A DNA stretch of 58,242 nt from Octopus bimaculoides. Lineage: Eukaryota. Below, piece after piece: positions 23,226 to 37,032 of this stretch. A program made the position numbers and the translations under genes. Position 1 is the stretch's first letter. Every line of letters begins with the position of its first letter. The stretch spans positions 103,907,044 through 103,965,285 of the forward strand of contig NC_068981.1 of NCBI RefSeq assembly GCF_001194135.2. The letters run 5' to 3'. Under the pieces are notes generated by a model. That model saw nothing but the letters and a program-made list of their open reading frames with translations, had not been told where the DNA came from and did no database searches.

Positions 23226-24199
23226 TGTCCATCAAAAGAAAACCTCTAAATACATCCAAGAAAGAAGAGATAGTTGTTGTTGTTGCTGTTGTTGTGCAGC
23301 CCTAGTCGTATCCCTAATAGAAACTGACTTACTGTATAAGATATGTATTCGAATAACTGGTTGAAATACTTCAACTTTATACGTAGCTGGATTGGCTGGG
23401 CTTAGACATGTAAACATCTGTGTGATCTAAAACCAAAACTTAACTGATATGAAGTGAGAAGGATCCCCTTCATAACAAAAGACAGAAAGAAATTACTTAT
23501 ATTTGAGGAGTATCATCTCATGTCATATTCTGAAGAATACACTGTTGTCTGTTGGACAGAAAGAAAACAAAGAGAAAGATGAGGAACAAAATATAACTCT
23601 TCAAAAAGTTATGAGAAATTGTCAGGGACATCTAAAGAATTTCATTAAAACTCTTGAGATATTTTATATTGCCAAAGTTTTATTCTTACTGATGTTAATG
23701 AACATATCAAGGTGTAGTACCAATGTGTATGCATATGGCAACATCTTGGAGCTGTAGTAAGTTAAGGAAGAAATATTTTAGGGTATTTTTTTCTTTGCAT
23801 GTATTTATTATCTTTGGAATCTCAAATAAACATAGAAAAGCAGGACCTTAGCTCAGCCATCATTTGTTTATGGACCATGTTAAATCTATTTTTTAAAGAT
23901 GTGGACCAAATCAGTTTTCTTATTTAATATAACTGATATTGACTATCAGAGAGTCATGGAATAAGATGAATTTATTAGAAATATTTTAGCAAAGTGTGTG
24001 TATGTGTGTAAATATGTATATGCATGCATGTATATATATATCAAGTGGCTTTTAAGCTAGCTCTTGCATTGAGTACTTATTAAATTTTATTAAACTTGAA
24101 CAATATTTTCCAAACAATTAACAGTTTTCATCAAAACAATGATATAATTTGTCTGTTTGGAAATTATTGCAAAGCTACAATAAACAATATTTTTGGCCT

Positions 24200-25340
24200 T
24201 CCCATTTCAGGTCAGGACAAATAGCTTGTTTCCATTCCCAACTCTTGAACAACCAACATATAGCTGACCATGAGAAAAGCAGGGTTCCATCAGATGAAAG
24301 CCAGTTACTTTCAATGATTGTTTTTGGGACTTATTGAGTGACATTGCATAGCTCACTCCCACTGGAAACTGAAGTTGTCTGAACTTAAAAAGATCTGGAG
24401 GAATTAAGGGGATTCTTGGAATTAAAAGTTTTTCCTCCTTTCCTGGACTAGTAAGGATCTCTGCTTCCAAGAGATGAGGAAGCATCTTCTTAACAATTAG
24501 CCTTGTTCCATTACAAAGCTTTGGAGGATCCCGATTTCTCAATAGCATAAACGGCACATTTTCTTTTAATTCTAGCTTGTTTGATGGCATTCCTGGAGGA
24601 TTCAATGAGTTCAGGAACTCTATTGGATAATTCACTGCCTGCTTTTATTCAACAACAGTGTCAATGGAAAAGTACTTCATGCTTTCTTTTAGAATTTCTT
24701 GGAGAAGTTTCCAGTTGATGCTATCCATAGTTTGATTCTTGGGAGCTAATATGCCCCTCTCACAAAGCCAGTTTGAATCCAGGAAATGGTATTTAATGTT
24801 TGGATAAACATAGTTAAACAAGTCTTGGATACTTGAGACTGAAACTCCACAACCATTTGGGATGAAATATCTACATTTTGATTCATTTTGATGGTTCTAT
24901 TGCCAAGTTGCAATAACAAAGTAACAAATATTTCTGCTTCAAGTTCACCTGTGATTCTAACTCTCATGTTTGTTTTCAGGCTGAGTCTTTGAACGTGCCT
25001 CCAGATGTATGAATTTTTCAGGCAAGCATTGATTTCATCAGCTGGAGTTCCTCTTGTAATGGCTGGTAATGTTTGTCTAAAATCACCAGAGAGTAGCCTA
25101 GTGATACCTCTCATGATTTGAGAATTCTGTCTTATGTCTTGAAGTGTTTTGTCCAGGGCCTCAAATCCTTGCTCGTGTGCCGTGGTACATTCAACCCAAA
25201 CAATGAAGCTTGTCTCTTCCAGTAGCTTAGCCAAGTTGTCTCCTCTCGTGATGTTGCAAATAGAGGTTTCATTGTAGTTCAAATTCAATGAAAGTTTGAA
25301 GGTGTTGTGTGCTGTATGCCCTCTGAGCTGACCAGCAACT
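24200..25340 (-). mobile_element. Helitron RepHel PIF1-like helicase relic
   Basis: GHTAHNTFKL, LSGDFRQTLP, LKTNMRV, EFLNSLNPPGMP..L.LK..MLLRN.DPPKLCNGTRL, IPRIPLIP, QFPV..SYAMSLNKSQ.QS, FSHGQLYVGCSRV. Frameshifted. Confidence 0.92.
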
Positions 25341-25592
25341 TTTAAGTAAATTTGATAGTTGGTAACAGACTGTTGTGTGTAATCTATAACTGATGTTGTT
25401 ATCATTTCTGTCAACAACTCTGCTGCTCACCTTAAAGTTCAGTGAAATAAAAGATCATTTACTTGAAGAACAGGGAAGGCATCTGGCAGAAAAACAATTA
25501 CCTCCAGTAATACATTTGTCTAACCCATGCTAGCATGGAAAAATAGTTGTAAAAGGTGAATATGTATGCATGCACATGCACACACACATATA

Positions 25593-25839
25593 TATGTGGA
25601 GGTGCGGAAAAGTTCCTGAGTTTGGGAAAAGAAAATACAGGAGGATCAGTTACTCTTTTACTTGTTTCAGTCATTTGACTGAGGCCATGCTGGAGCACCG
25701 CCTTTAGTCGAGAAAATCGACCCCAGGACCTATTCTTTGTAAGCCTAGTACTTATTCTATCGGTCTTTTTTGCCAAACCGCTAAGTTACGAGGACGTAAA
25801 CACACCAGCATCGGTTGTCAAGCGATGGTGGGGGGACAA

Positions 25840-25883
<44 letters not shown>

Positions 25884-26201
25884 GATGGGCTTCCCTCAGT
25901 TTCCGTCCACCAAATCCACTCACAAGGCTTTAGTGGGTCCAAGGCTATAGTAGAAGACACTTGCCCAAGGTGCCATGCAGTGGGACTGAACCCGGAACCA
26001 TGTGGTTGGTGAGCAAGCTACTTACCACACAGCCACTCCTGATTATGATTTTATTCAACATATTTTCATTTCAGATTCATACACTTATTTCAGCAGTTCT
26101 TCAGTTTTTCTAAGCCCTGTAAAAGAATTTGGAAGGTTGAGCCTCCAACCAGGCTTTTTATGATACCCTTAAAGCCAGTAACTTTTCAACACCTCCTCAT
26201 A
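25593..26201. mobile_element. mariner-type MITE (same family as 3521-3742, inverted) split by a SINE
   Basis: Left part 25593-25652 and right part 26042-26201 join to reproduce the reverse complement of 3521-3742. Confidence 0.85.
25651..26040 (-). mobile_element. full-length SINE family A nested in the MITE
   Basis: Complete head, microsatellite and tail. Confidence 0.92.
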
Positions 26202-27787
26202 TTTACATATATAAAGTGCTGTAACAATAGTGTATATTAGTTGTGTGATGGAAATGATCACTGAAAATTGAATTTAATTAACCACAAGTAGACCTATTGA
26301 ACCACTTAACTCAATCCTCCAATTATTTTGATCAATAACAGTTATCTCTGGAGCAGTAAAACCACACCATCTGTTTGGTTTTGAAATGTATTTCTGTGTA
26401 CATGCTATTCAAGCAATCACCAATTAATACATCAGTCTTTTTTTTTTTCATTACACAAGTTGTAATTATTTATATAGCAGTGAGTAGTCTACACATTCAT
26501 TTCTCTTTTTATAATTGATTTTTTTGTTTGTTAGTTTGTTATTGTGCTCAGTGGTGAACCATGTTCATTGATGTTATATTATGAATGAAAATAAGTGATT
26601 TGAGGCGGGGGTGGGAGAAGATAAAAAGAGAAATCTTTATGCAAACATAATCAACATGGAAATTGAATGTATCTATTAAATGATGTGCCCTTGAGATGGT
26701 GGTGATGGTGATAGCATATCAGCAGCTTAAACATCTTAGATAGTCTATAATATTATTTATGATATCTAATTACAAATGTTTTACTTACTTCTACTACATG
26801 CCGCTAGTGTAGTTTACTTCACTCTGTTTAATATAACAAGGGCAAGTCAACCTGACTGTACCTATACTTCTCTAGGTTATTGATTATGGATGGATAGAAG
26901 AGGGAAATGGTTTAACTGGAAACAGATCTCTGCAATCTCTGGTGGCTAGTAAACTAACCTACAGTACTTCCCCCATGCAACTTGACTAGTCCTAGAAATT
27001 TAAACATTTTTCACAAAATGTTACAGCTGATGTTTTGTGATTGAATGTCCCTGTTTGATGTTAACCATTCCACTCTAAAACGGTAATTTATTTGTCAGCT
27101 TATTCGAGTGAAGAAAATTGAGTTAGATATAGGGGTATTTAAAGCCTGTGATATACAGTTAGATATATATCATAGAGGAGTTAACGTTACTTTAATTAGG
27201 TTTCAAATTAGTTCAAACCTTGCTTTTTTGCATTAGATTTCATAGCAAGTAATGTTTGAAATACTGGCTCCAATACTTAAGGATACTCCTGATATTGGTC
27301 AAAATATGTTGAGGAATTTATTCAACTTTGCAATAGATCAGATTGTTAAGAACTGAAAGAAGTAGTTTAAACTCAGTGTGAAAAAATCTCCTACGAAGAA
27401 AATATAGCTGAAGACTGAAATTGATTGGAGTTGTGGAGATATTTTCTCCTGCAGTTCAGTTAAATGAGCATATAGATGTTACATAATGATTCTCTGCTTG
27501 AATGGGGAAAACATCTACTCCTTAGAGAGATAAATGTTTCCCTCTTCTTACAGCATATTTTACTGTCTGAAAATATAATAATTTAATTATATAACAACCT
27601 GTCTCAGTACAATAAGCAGATAGTATGTATTTATTTTTTCTATTTGATATGACATTTCATGATCAGTGGTATTGTTGTTTATTCACCAATCACTGGTGGA
27701 TTGCATCTCCTGGCTGTAAAAGTAACAAGTAAATATCTGACTAGATGCAGTGCAATTATTTCACAGGAATTTTAATGCAGTGAGCTG

Positions 27788-27987
27788 TAAGAATTTGTTA
27801 GCATGCTGGGAAAATGCTTAGCAGCATTTCATCCATCTTTACATTTTGAGTTCAAATTCTACTGAGGTCTACTTTGCTTTCATCCTTTTGGGGTTGATAA
27901 GATAAGTACCAGTTGAGTACTGGGGTTTATATAATCAACCCCCACTCACCCTGAAAGTGCTGGCCTTGTGCCAAAATTTGAAACTAA
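27788..27987 (+). mobile_element. SINE family B
   Basis: GAGTTCAAATTCT..TTTCATCCTTTTGGGGTTGATAAGATAAGTACCAGTTGAGTACTGGGG..CTGGCCTTGTGCCAAAATTTGAAAC. Confidence 0.8.
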
Positions 27988-28704
27988 TATTACTTCATTT
28001 GTAAAATACTGGTTTAATAATTTTTTTGTTGAGAAAACCAGACCAAATGAGGCTTGTTTCACAAAATTATTATGTGAAATATTTATATATATCTGATTTT
28101 AATGACTTCTTAATATGGTGTCTTCAAAACAAGCAGTTTTCTAAATGATTTACATAAAAAGGGTACCAGATTTAAATGCCAGATTAAATCAGAACAAGAT
28201 GTAATCATGCACAAATTCTGTAGGATTTATGGGGTTGTCATTTTATTTAACCTCAGATTAACCATAGTTGTTTAAACCTGTGGTTGGAAGAATTCCAGTA
28301 AGAACTATCTCAATCTTACCTTTTTGTTTTTTTCCTGAGAGAACATATACCTAAAACTACATTACCTAATGTAGTCTTCAGTATCATAATTTTCAAGACA
28401 TAAAAGAAATTTAGGTGATATTTCTAGAAGAGCAAACCCCCTTGTTGAGACCCTTTTGTTCCTCTCTCACCTTGTGAAGGAATCCCCATCTTCTTCATAA
28501 GGTATTATGTCTCACCAGCAATTCTCCTGGAGCAAAATCTTATTGTGCCTGTGAGTGGTGGTGGTGGTGGGAGACATGCAGTGGGTGTAAGTGTATGTGT
28601 GTGTGTATATGTGTTTATGCATTTCAGGTAATATTAGCACATACTGGCATGTCTTCTCAGGTACCTATGCCGGTGCTGCATTAACGCACCCATGCTGATG
28701 CTGC

Positions 28705-28872
28705 ATAAACACACCTCTGCCAGTGGCATGTAAAAAGCATTGAGCACATTTTGCCAAGTGGTTGGTGTTAGGAAGGGCATCCAGCCATAGAAACCATACT
28801 AGCCAGCTCCATGTCAAACTGTCCAACTCATGCCAGTATGGAGACCAGATGTCAAATGATGATGATGACATT
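28705..28872 (+). mobile_element. RTE-type 3' tail element
   Basis: GGCATGTAAAAAGCA..GTTAGGAAGGGCATCCAGCCATAGAAAC..ACTCATGCCAGTATGG..AAATGATGATGATG. Confidence 0.7.
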
Positions 28873-30965
28873 AGCAAGAAAAATCATGAGCTAGTGCTTT
28901 CAAGCCATGTGGTATTTATTCATCCGAAGTTGCTCTCTGATGGCCCATCAGAAACATAGGAGCAACAATGTCATTTGCTTGTAAAATACATCATATGAAA
29001 CTAAAAATTACATAAAAATTCCTTTTCCCTATAGCATTGGTGGTAAGCTCTTAACAAATTCAGTTCATGACATCAGTTTGATTCCCACTGGTAGCTTTTT
29101 TTTCATTTACTTCACTAATGCTTATTTCTCTTGAAGCTAATAAATCTGATCACCTATGAATGGATACTTGTGATTAGTGTTTGCACTCAATATACGAGGC
29201 TGCTTTCTGGTCTAGAAAACAACACTGTATTATTAATTGTGGTTGTAGCAGTGATGGTGGTTGTCATCATCATCATCTCCACCACCAGTGTTGTCATTGT
29301 TACCTTCTATCATTATATTGTTAACAGCAGTCATGATGATGACAATATACTGCTGTAAATTTAATTAAAAGAAGCTTCATGACTCCCAAGAGAGAGATAC
29401 TTTAAAATGAATTTTAATATAGAGTTGAGAGGGTTTTCTTCATCCTGTAAAACAGCTACTTTTTGCTGGTGCTCTGTATTAAATCCATCCAGTTCACTTT
29501 GCTAGTGACAGTTTTGTAAGAAGGCCATACAGTTGTAAGATCCCTAACCTAATCAAACAAATATGCATATGGATACCACATCCCAGACCCGTCCATTTTA
29601 TTATACCGGAGGTTAAAATGATGATGTTGGTGGTGGCGGTGGTGACAAGCTGCCAGTATGATTATCAAAGGAGGTGATTGGGGACTTTATCAGTTCTTGA
29701 CCATAGGTCCGTTTGGATCAAAATTGACCTGGAGCTAAACAGCAATAAATGTTGTCACTGCAATTATCTTATTTTGTGCCACGAACTCTACATATCATAT
29801 CATTATTATCAAATTCTCATCACCTGTAACACTCGTTATCCTTTTATTGCCATAAATGTTACCATGAGAGTAATTGCCTTTATCAGCTCAGCGTTCTTCT
29901 CCTCAGCTACATCCTCTTTCTTGTGATCATCATCATTATCATTCTGTCACTCATCTCCTTTCCTCCCACATTTTATTTGTCTCCGTTTCCTGCTTTCACT
30001 TAGCAACATGAACAATTCTCTTCCTTAGGTGATGGCCATTTAGATTCTAGCATCTTCAGTTTCATCCTTGTCATGATTGTCAGGCTATCATCGAAATCAT
30101 TCTTATCAGTGTTACATCCATACCTCTGTGGTGTCATTTGTTAAATGGATTCCTTTGCTTATCCTGTCTTCTAGTAATCTCAAATGCTCGCCTCCCATTT
30201 TATTACTGACCACTACAGTCCTATAATGGAGATAGTAAAATCTATAGTGAACTGAGTTTGCAAACCCTGTATAATTTCTAGCTGTAGCTTTTACATCATA
30301 GCTCTTGAAGAAGAGGTGAATGAATGTTGCAACTTCCACAGTTCTTAATCTAAAATGAGAAAGGCTGGTCATTACTTTAGTTATTCATTGCCATCAATTA
30401 CTAACACTTTCTTCATCACTTTAGATACACACACACACACACACACACTAATTTGTTTCTGTATTTATGTGTTGGTTTTGTTTTCACACTGTTCTCATCA
30501 CCTCTCTGTGTGTTATACTAACTTTGCTCTCAGCACTCCTGATTATTATTATATAAAGTTCTATAACATTTCAAATATTTCCTTTTCAATGTAAATAGAT
30601 TTAGCATCAGAAAACTACAATATATTTTAAGTTGGCATTTTGTCAGAGTAAATACCACCATAATAATAAACTTTCGCAACTAATTTTTGCAAAACTCAAA
30701 ATCAATACTCAAGTCAAATGTTTATCTAAATTGAAGTGTTATCTGAATAATGTACTTAATATCTGCTCTACCTCTTAGAGAAAGCACTATATTTATAATA
30801 TAATGGATTGCATTCTTTCTAAGATGATTTGTTGTGTATTGTTCTATACCTTTAGGTAATAGAACAGAAAATATGACAAGAACAAAACAAAACAGACATT
30901 CTTATTTCTATATTAAAATGAAATATTATTTCCTTTCCACCCACATAACTGTTTTCTAGACTTAC

Positions 30966-31272
<307 letters not shown>

Positions 31273-31314
31273 AAATGAGTGAATGAATAGATAGATAAAA
31301 GATAAAGTTCCTTT

Positions 31315-31545
31315 CCTAGTCATAGAGACTCATTGGGTGGTTGCCTGGATATTGTGGTATATAATTGGACAAAACACTGGACTGTCACAGGATTACTCAT
31401 TTTTGCCAGCTGAGAGCAACATGAAATGAAGTGTTTTGCTCAAGAGTACAATACATCACCCACTCCATGAATTGAAACTACAGTCTTTCAATCATGAGTC
31501 CAACATCCTAACCACTAAGCCACATACCTTCATTGGAGAACAAAT
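31315..31545 (-). mobile_element. tRNA-derived SINE (C/D-type head)
   Basis: Minus-strand TGGCTTAGTGGTTAGG..AGTTTCAATTC..CTCTTGAGCAAAACAC. Confidence 0.65.
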
Positions 31546-32159
31546 AAAAGAAATATATCTGACAGTCGGTTTTTGCATAGTTTCTGTTTGCCAAATTCAC
31601 TAACAAGGCATTGGATAGGAGCTGTAGTAGGAAAAAAATACACATTCAATGTACTGAGCTGTGAAACTGAACCTAAAACTTGCAAAGTGAGCTTCTTAAC
31701 CACACAGCCACACTTACTCCTCTAAAATACACTCTGTGTATCAAATTTCTATCCTTTCTGGATAAATATTAATTTTGTGATATGTGAAGTTCTACAAACT
31801 AATAATCTATGTTTATTAGTTATTAGCTATATTGAGAGTATCCAACGTAGGATAAAATGTGCTGCATACTCTGTAAGCTGTGAAACTCTAAAAGGTGTCA
31901 TTATGATAAGAACTATTGAACCAATGAAGACACTGGTCTTCAGATTTGCGTAATATATACTATTCCACTCTACTGATTTGGCTATATGGCCTCATAATAA
32001 AAAATTAATTTTGTGTGTGTGTTTGTGTATGTGTGATTGAATATTAAGAACACATTGTAACTCAATTTCAGTCAACTATGAATTTTACTAAGATAAAATT
32101 CTTCACAAGTTACAGATTCAATTAACAAGAACTTGATGTTTGTTTCTGAGGCATTATGA

Positions 32160-32390
32160 AAATATTGATTTCAAATTTTGGCACAAAGCCAGCAAGCCCA
32201 GGGGAGGGAGTAAGTTGATTACATCAACTCCAGTGCTCAACTGGTACTTATTTTATTGTTCTGGAAAGGATGAAAGGCAAATTCTACATAGGTGGAATTT
32301 GAGCACATAATGTAAAGACAGATGAAATGCTGCTAAGCATTTTGCTTGCCACAGTAATGATTCTGCCAGCTCGTTACCTTATGGCATTAT
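32160..32390 (-). mobile_element. SINE family B
   Basis: Reverse complement of the family B consensus (TTTCAAATTTTGGCACAAAGCCAGC..CTGGTACTTATTTTATTG). Confidence 0.75.
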
Positions 32391-32849
32391 GAAAATACTA
32401 CATGTTGGTGTGAGGTTTCACACTAATTAATGTTCTTTAATAATCTCCAACTTATAAGTGGAATGGATACCTGTTTTAAATGAAAATGAATGGTTTACAG
32501 AATTAGATTTAATTCTTTACCTATCCAAAGCATTAAAATTATAAGTTTGACCCTTGTTTTCAGACTTTTATTTGGCTAGTTTCATACATTCTGAGTAATA
32601 TAAAGCTTTCCTTTTATAAGTACCAGGTTACTCTGGTCACTGAAAACAAAATTAGGAGTGTGTATTTTATGATTCATGGACATTAGGGGAATATGTCTAG
32701 TGTATCACACATGAATAATGGGACAGGCAAAGGGTTAAAAGATCGAATTTTAAAATAGTCCATTTTCTTCTTTTTTTCTTTTTTGTCAGACATTACTGTA
32801 AATTTAACCTGGATCTCCATCAGTTACAATAATGAGTGTTCCAGTTGAT

Positions 32850-33135
32850 ACAATCAACTGAACAGCCTGCTTTTGAAATTAACATGCAAGTGGCTGAACA
32901 CTTCACAGACACATGTACTCTTAATGTAATTCTCAGGAAGATTCAGCATGACATGAAATATGAAAAGGCTGGCCTTTTGAAATACAGACACTACTCGTTT
33001 TTGCCTGGTGAGTAGACTGGAGCAATGAGAAATAAAAAATGTTTTGCTCAGGGACACAACATGCCATCAAGAATTGAACCAACAATCTTACTATCATGAG
33101 CTGAATACCCTAGCCACTAAACCATGCACCTTCTA
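32850..33135 (-). mobile_element. SINE family C
   Basis: Reverse complement of the 773-1088 family. Confidence 0.8.
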
Positions 33136-33436
33136 TAAATTTAAACACTAGCAAATACCATCTTTATAGAAAGCACATGAAAGACTCTACTACATCAACT
33201 TAAAATGGAACCATCTGCCAGCCTATATTAAAGAGTATTAGGATTCATTTACCTATCATATCATACACTGAACATTCTTTCAACAAATGTTGCAATGTTG
33301 TACTATAATGTCTTAAGAAATAATGATTTCTCAGGATAATATGTATTCCATACAAAATAGCCATAGCGATAAGGATGGTAGCAGACAGGCCCAGTACGAT
33401 CACCCATTTTTCTGACAAGATACAATGACGTAGAGT

Positions 33437-33770
33437 GAAAGCATGTGGCTTAGTGGTTAGGGTATCCAGCTCACAATCACAAGATTATGAGTTCGATTCC
33501 CAGCAATGTATTTTGTGTCATTGAGCAAGACATTTTATTTCACACTGCTCCAGTCTATTCAGTTGGCAAGAATGAGCAGTACCTGTATTTCAAAGGGTCA
33601 GCTTTGTCACATTCTGTGTCATGCTGAATCACCCTGAGAACTGTGTTAAGGATACACATGTCTGTGGGGTGCTCAACCACTTGCACATTAATTTCACAAG
33701 CAGGCCGTTCAATTGATTTGATCAACTGGAACCTTCATTGTCATAGCCAATGGAGTGCCAGTGGCAGTAA
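33437..33770 (+). mobile_element. SINE family C
   Basis: TGGCTTAGTGG A-box, GAGTTCGATTCC B-box, full body and tail. Confidence 0.85.
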
Positions 33771-33817
33771 TGATGGTGACGGGGATTGAGTACAAGTATC
33801 TCCAGTGCCATCCTTCA

Positions 33818-34601
33818 TTACCTCTGCCATGGAAAGAGGTTATGTTTTCAGTGGCGTTGGTTTGTTCGACTGTGTGCAAAATAACTCAAAACATTGTGAA
33901 CGGTATTTGATGAAATTTGCAAGAAAAGTTGGTAATGACACAAGGAACAGATGATGAAGTTTTGGTAGTGACCCGGGAATTTTTATGGATTCTTGAAGGA
34001 TTTTTCATTTTTTATAGTTACTTTACATGAAGTATTACAATGTTACATTCTTTGATTATCTCCCTTGAAAACACATCGTTTCCACGTAACCTATGGTGGT
34101 GTTGCTGTTTTGAGGCAGTGTTGATGATGACGATGGTCGAGATAAGTATGGGAGGAGGATAAAATAGTATCAGTGGTTATAATGGTGACAGGAGCAGTGT
34201 GATGTGTGATGTTGAGGTGATGGTGGTAATAGTGGTGCTGATGATAGTGTTAGTTCTGTGATGGTGGTATTGTAGTGGTTATACTGGCTGTGGTGGTGAA
34301 AGTGACTGTCAAAGTAACCATCATGATAACATTGATGGCGGTGTATGTGGTTGAAGTGGAAGCAATGACAATGCTGTTGATGATGCTGGTGGTTGTGAAC
34401 TGCTTCAGATGATTCCTGTTTTTAAAGGTTTCTTTTTCTTAAAATCATATGGCTGTGTTATTTTTTTTTTTACCCCCGCCAAGGAGATTATGTCTTTTGC
34501 CAACGTTGGTCTGGGAAATGGGGCGATTTTCAGCATGCGTGTATATGGGTGGAAATGAGCTGCTTGGCAGAGGTCTGTGCTCTCCAAGTGCTTTTCTACT
34601 T
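33818..34601 (+). mobile_element. Helentron-associated non-autonomous element(s) (HINE/DINE-1-like)
   Basis: 5' ends TTACCTCTGCCA.. (33818) and TACCCCCGCCAAGGAG (34471). 3' subterminal inverse CTTGGCAGAGG, degenerate hairpin GTGCTCTCCAAGTGC and terminus TTTTCTACTT. Confidence 0.6.
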
Positions 34602-35171
34602 ATTCAGGCAATAGGATGCAAAGAGTGTGTCAGCAAGCTGACTAGTTACACAAGCCATATGGTATTCTGAAACAAAAGAAAGGGGATGAGTGGGAGTTGA
34701 ATCAATGATAAAGAGATGAATAGGTAGAGTGGCAGACAGACAACAAGTGAAGGATAGATTGTGCAAGAAGCCCAAAATCTAGGTGTATTATACCTCACAA
34801 TTTCTGTTGTGTAACCTTCCGGAGAAGGTTCGTCGGGAAAGCAATGCTTGTCATCACCACCAGTTCAGGAGACAAGTAAAGGAAGGAGTGAGTATTTTTG
34901 AAGAAACCTCATATTTTTCATGCTTACCTTAAGCAAGCTTTCATACATTCTGATTTTGTTTTTATATATTCCTCACAGAACAATTTTATTGCTTGAATTT
35001 TCTGAATTTTCAATTACAAGGGCACTTTACATTGCATTACTTCATTATTGATTATTATGTGAACTGATAACCAAGTCTGTAAAAGGAGCTTACTATGATA
35101 GCTGCATGATTCTCTGAATCCATATCTTATACTACTCATTTACATTTTTATCTTTTTCTCTCTCTTCTCTA

Positions 35172-35226
<55 letters not shown>

Positions 35227-35236
35227 NNNNNNNNNN

Positions 35237-35268
<32 letters not shown>

Positions 35269-35319
35269 CTGTATGTGTGTATGTATATATACATATGATT
35301 ATGTATTATAATAATGATG

Positions 35320-35352
<33 letters not shown>

Positions 35353-36239
35353 GTGCGTGTTTGTGTGTGTGTACAATTTTTTTCACCATCATTCTATAAA
35401 TTTTGCTAATAAACTTATCTCAATAAATTTTTCTTGAAATTGCATTCAACCAAAAATTCTCAGGCATAGAATTATATTACCATTTCATTATTTGTATGTA
35501 TGATATATATACAGGAAAAAAATGCAGTCTGTGTTTAATACATATATATATTTGTATGTATGTCTGTATGTATGTATCTATGTATGTACGTATGTAAAAT
35601 AAACAAAACCTTTTTGCAGAATGAATGTTTCTTTCCGAAGTTTGACAACCTGTAATTTCATGAAAATTAGCTATTAAAATATCCATAATTTAGATTTCTC
35701 AATGACTCATCTGTTTGTGATGATAGAAAGATACATGTTAAAATCAGTAGCAAGGTGAAGGGTAGCCATCAAGGTGGGTTCTGAACAGATTCTGGAAATC
35801 TGTTTCAGATATTCGTTTCATTACTGTCATTCAATTCTAACATTACTGTGATAAATGAGTTTATGTTTAATACAAAAAGTCAGAGATGTTTTATATTTTT
35901 AATGCTGTCATCTATATGTATGTGTGTGTATGTATGCATGTGTGTGTGTTTCTATGTGTATATGTATGTGTGTGTATGTATGTATGTATATACATATATG
36001 TAAGTATGTATATAAGTATGTATGTTTGTGTGTATATATACAGATATTTATTATATATACATTGATAAAAATGTAGACATGTCTAGTGGGTGTGTGGTAA
36101 GTAGCTTGCTTACCAACCACATGGTTCCGGGTTNNNNNNNNNNNNNNNNNNNNNNNNNNNNNNNNNNNNNNNNNNNNNNNNNNNNNNNNNNNNNNNNNNN
36201 NNNNNNNNNNNNNNNNNNNNNNNNNNNNNNNNNGTAACG

Positions 36240-37032
36240 ATATATATATACAATTAGATGAAATGAGGTAGGAATAAAGGTAAAAAAAGTCATTATTGTG
36301 AGTTATTAAGGATATTTACAAGCATACCGGTTTCGTAGTAAAACTATTCATTGCTTTGAGTATACACCAAATTCTGAACGGTGTGAAGTCTATTAGTCCC
36401 TTAGTAAAAAGATTATGTGAAAGGGAGGTAAGTAGTTCTGGATTTGGTGCAATTAGGGTAATCTGGATATGTAGTGTGAATGGTGTATGGGACGTATGGG
36501 GGGTTAGTGATATTAAATGGAAGATTAGTGGTGTTCTATATGATGTTATGTGTTTATATTTAGTTGAGGAAGATATTTATTAATGAAAAAATGCCTCTTT
36601 ATTCATTCTTTGTTGTGTAGACGTGTTTTGTGAACATTGATAGAAGGGAAAAATTAGGAAATTAGGATTATGATTCCTCGCACACCTTTCTATGTGTCCA
36701 CTGACCTGTATCTGTCTGTAATGTGGGTGGCGGATTTGTTCTTTGTGGAGAGTAGTTATTCTACGGAGTGTGATTCCTGTTTGGCCAATATAGTAATTAT
36801 TGCACCCTAAGCATGTAATGGCATAGATTAGATTTTCCGAGGCACAGGTGAAATTTGATTTAATCTTAAAGATTTCACCTTGTTTAAAGTGGAACTCAGA
36901 ACCCTCCAAAAGGTGGGGGCAAGTCCCACAGTTAGGTCGACCACATTTTTTTACTTTTGGTTCTGTTGTTAATGGATACAGTCTTGCACTGGTTAATATT
37001 TTTTTCAGTGATTTAGGTTGCATTTTACTTTT
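36240..37032 (-). mobile_element. 3' part of Neptune-type Penelope-like element (GIY-YIG endonuclease + pLTR)
   Basis: KKCGRPNCGTC..FTCASENLIYAITCLGCNNYYIGQTG..LH..H. Followed by a non-coding tail with a hammerhead-like motif, ending at (TA)n. Confidence 0.88.
36320..36356 (-). ncRNA. hammerhead-like motif with shortened core (AUGA instead of CUGAUGA)
   Basis: Minus strand AAGCA ATGA ATAGTTTTACTAC GAAA CCGGT A TGCTT: stem I AAGCA/TGCTT, stem II TAG/CTA, palindromic stem III ACCGGT, GUA triplet. Confidence 0.5.

Noticed and set aside
24050-24065. CTAG as the Helitron 3' terminus
   Set aside because: No convincing GC-rich subterminal hairpin, and the following base is not the usual T.
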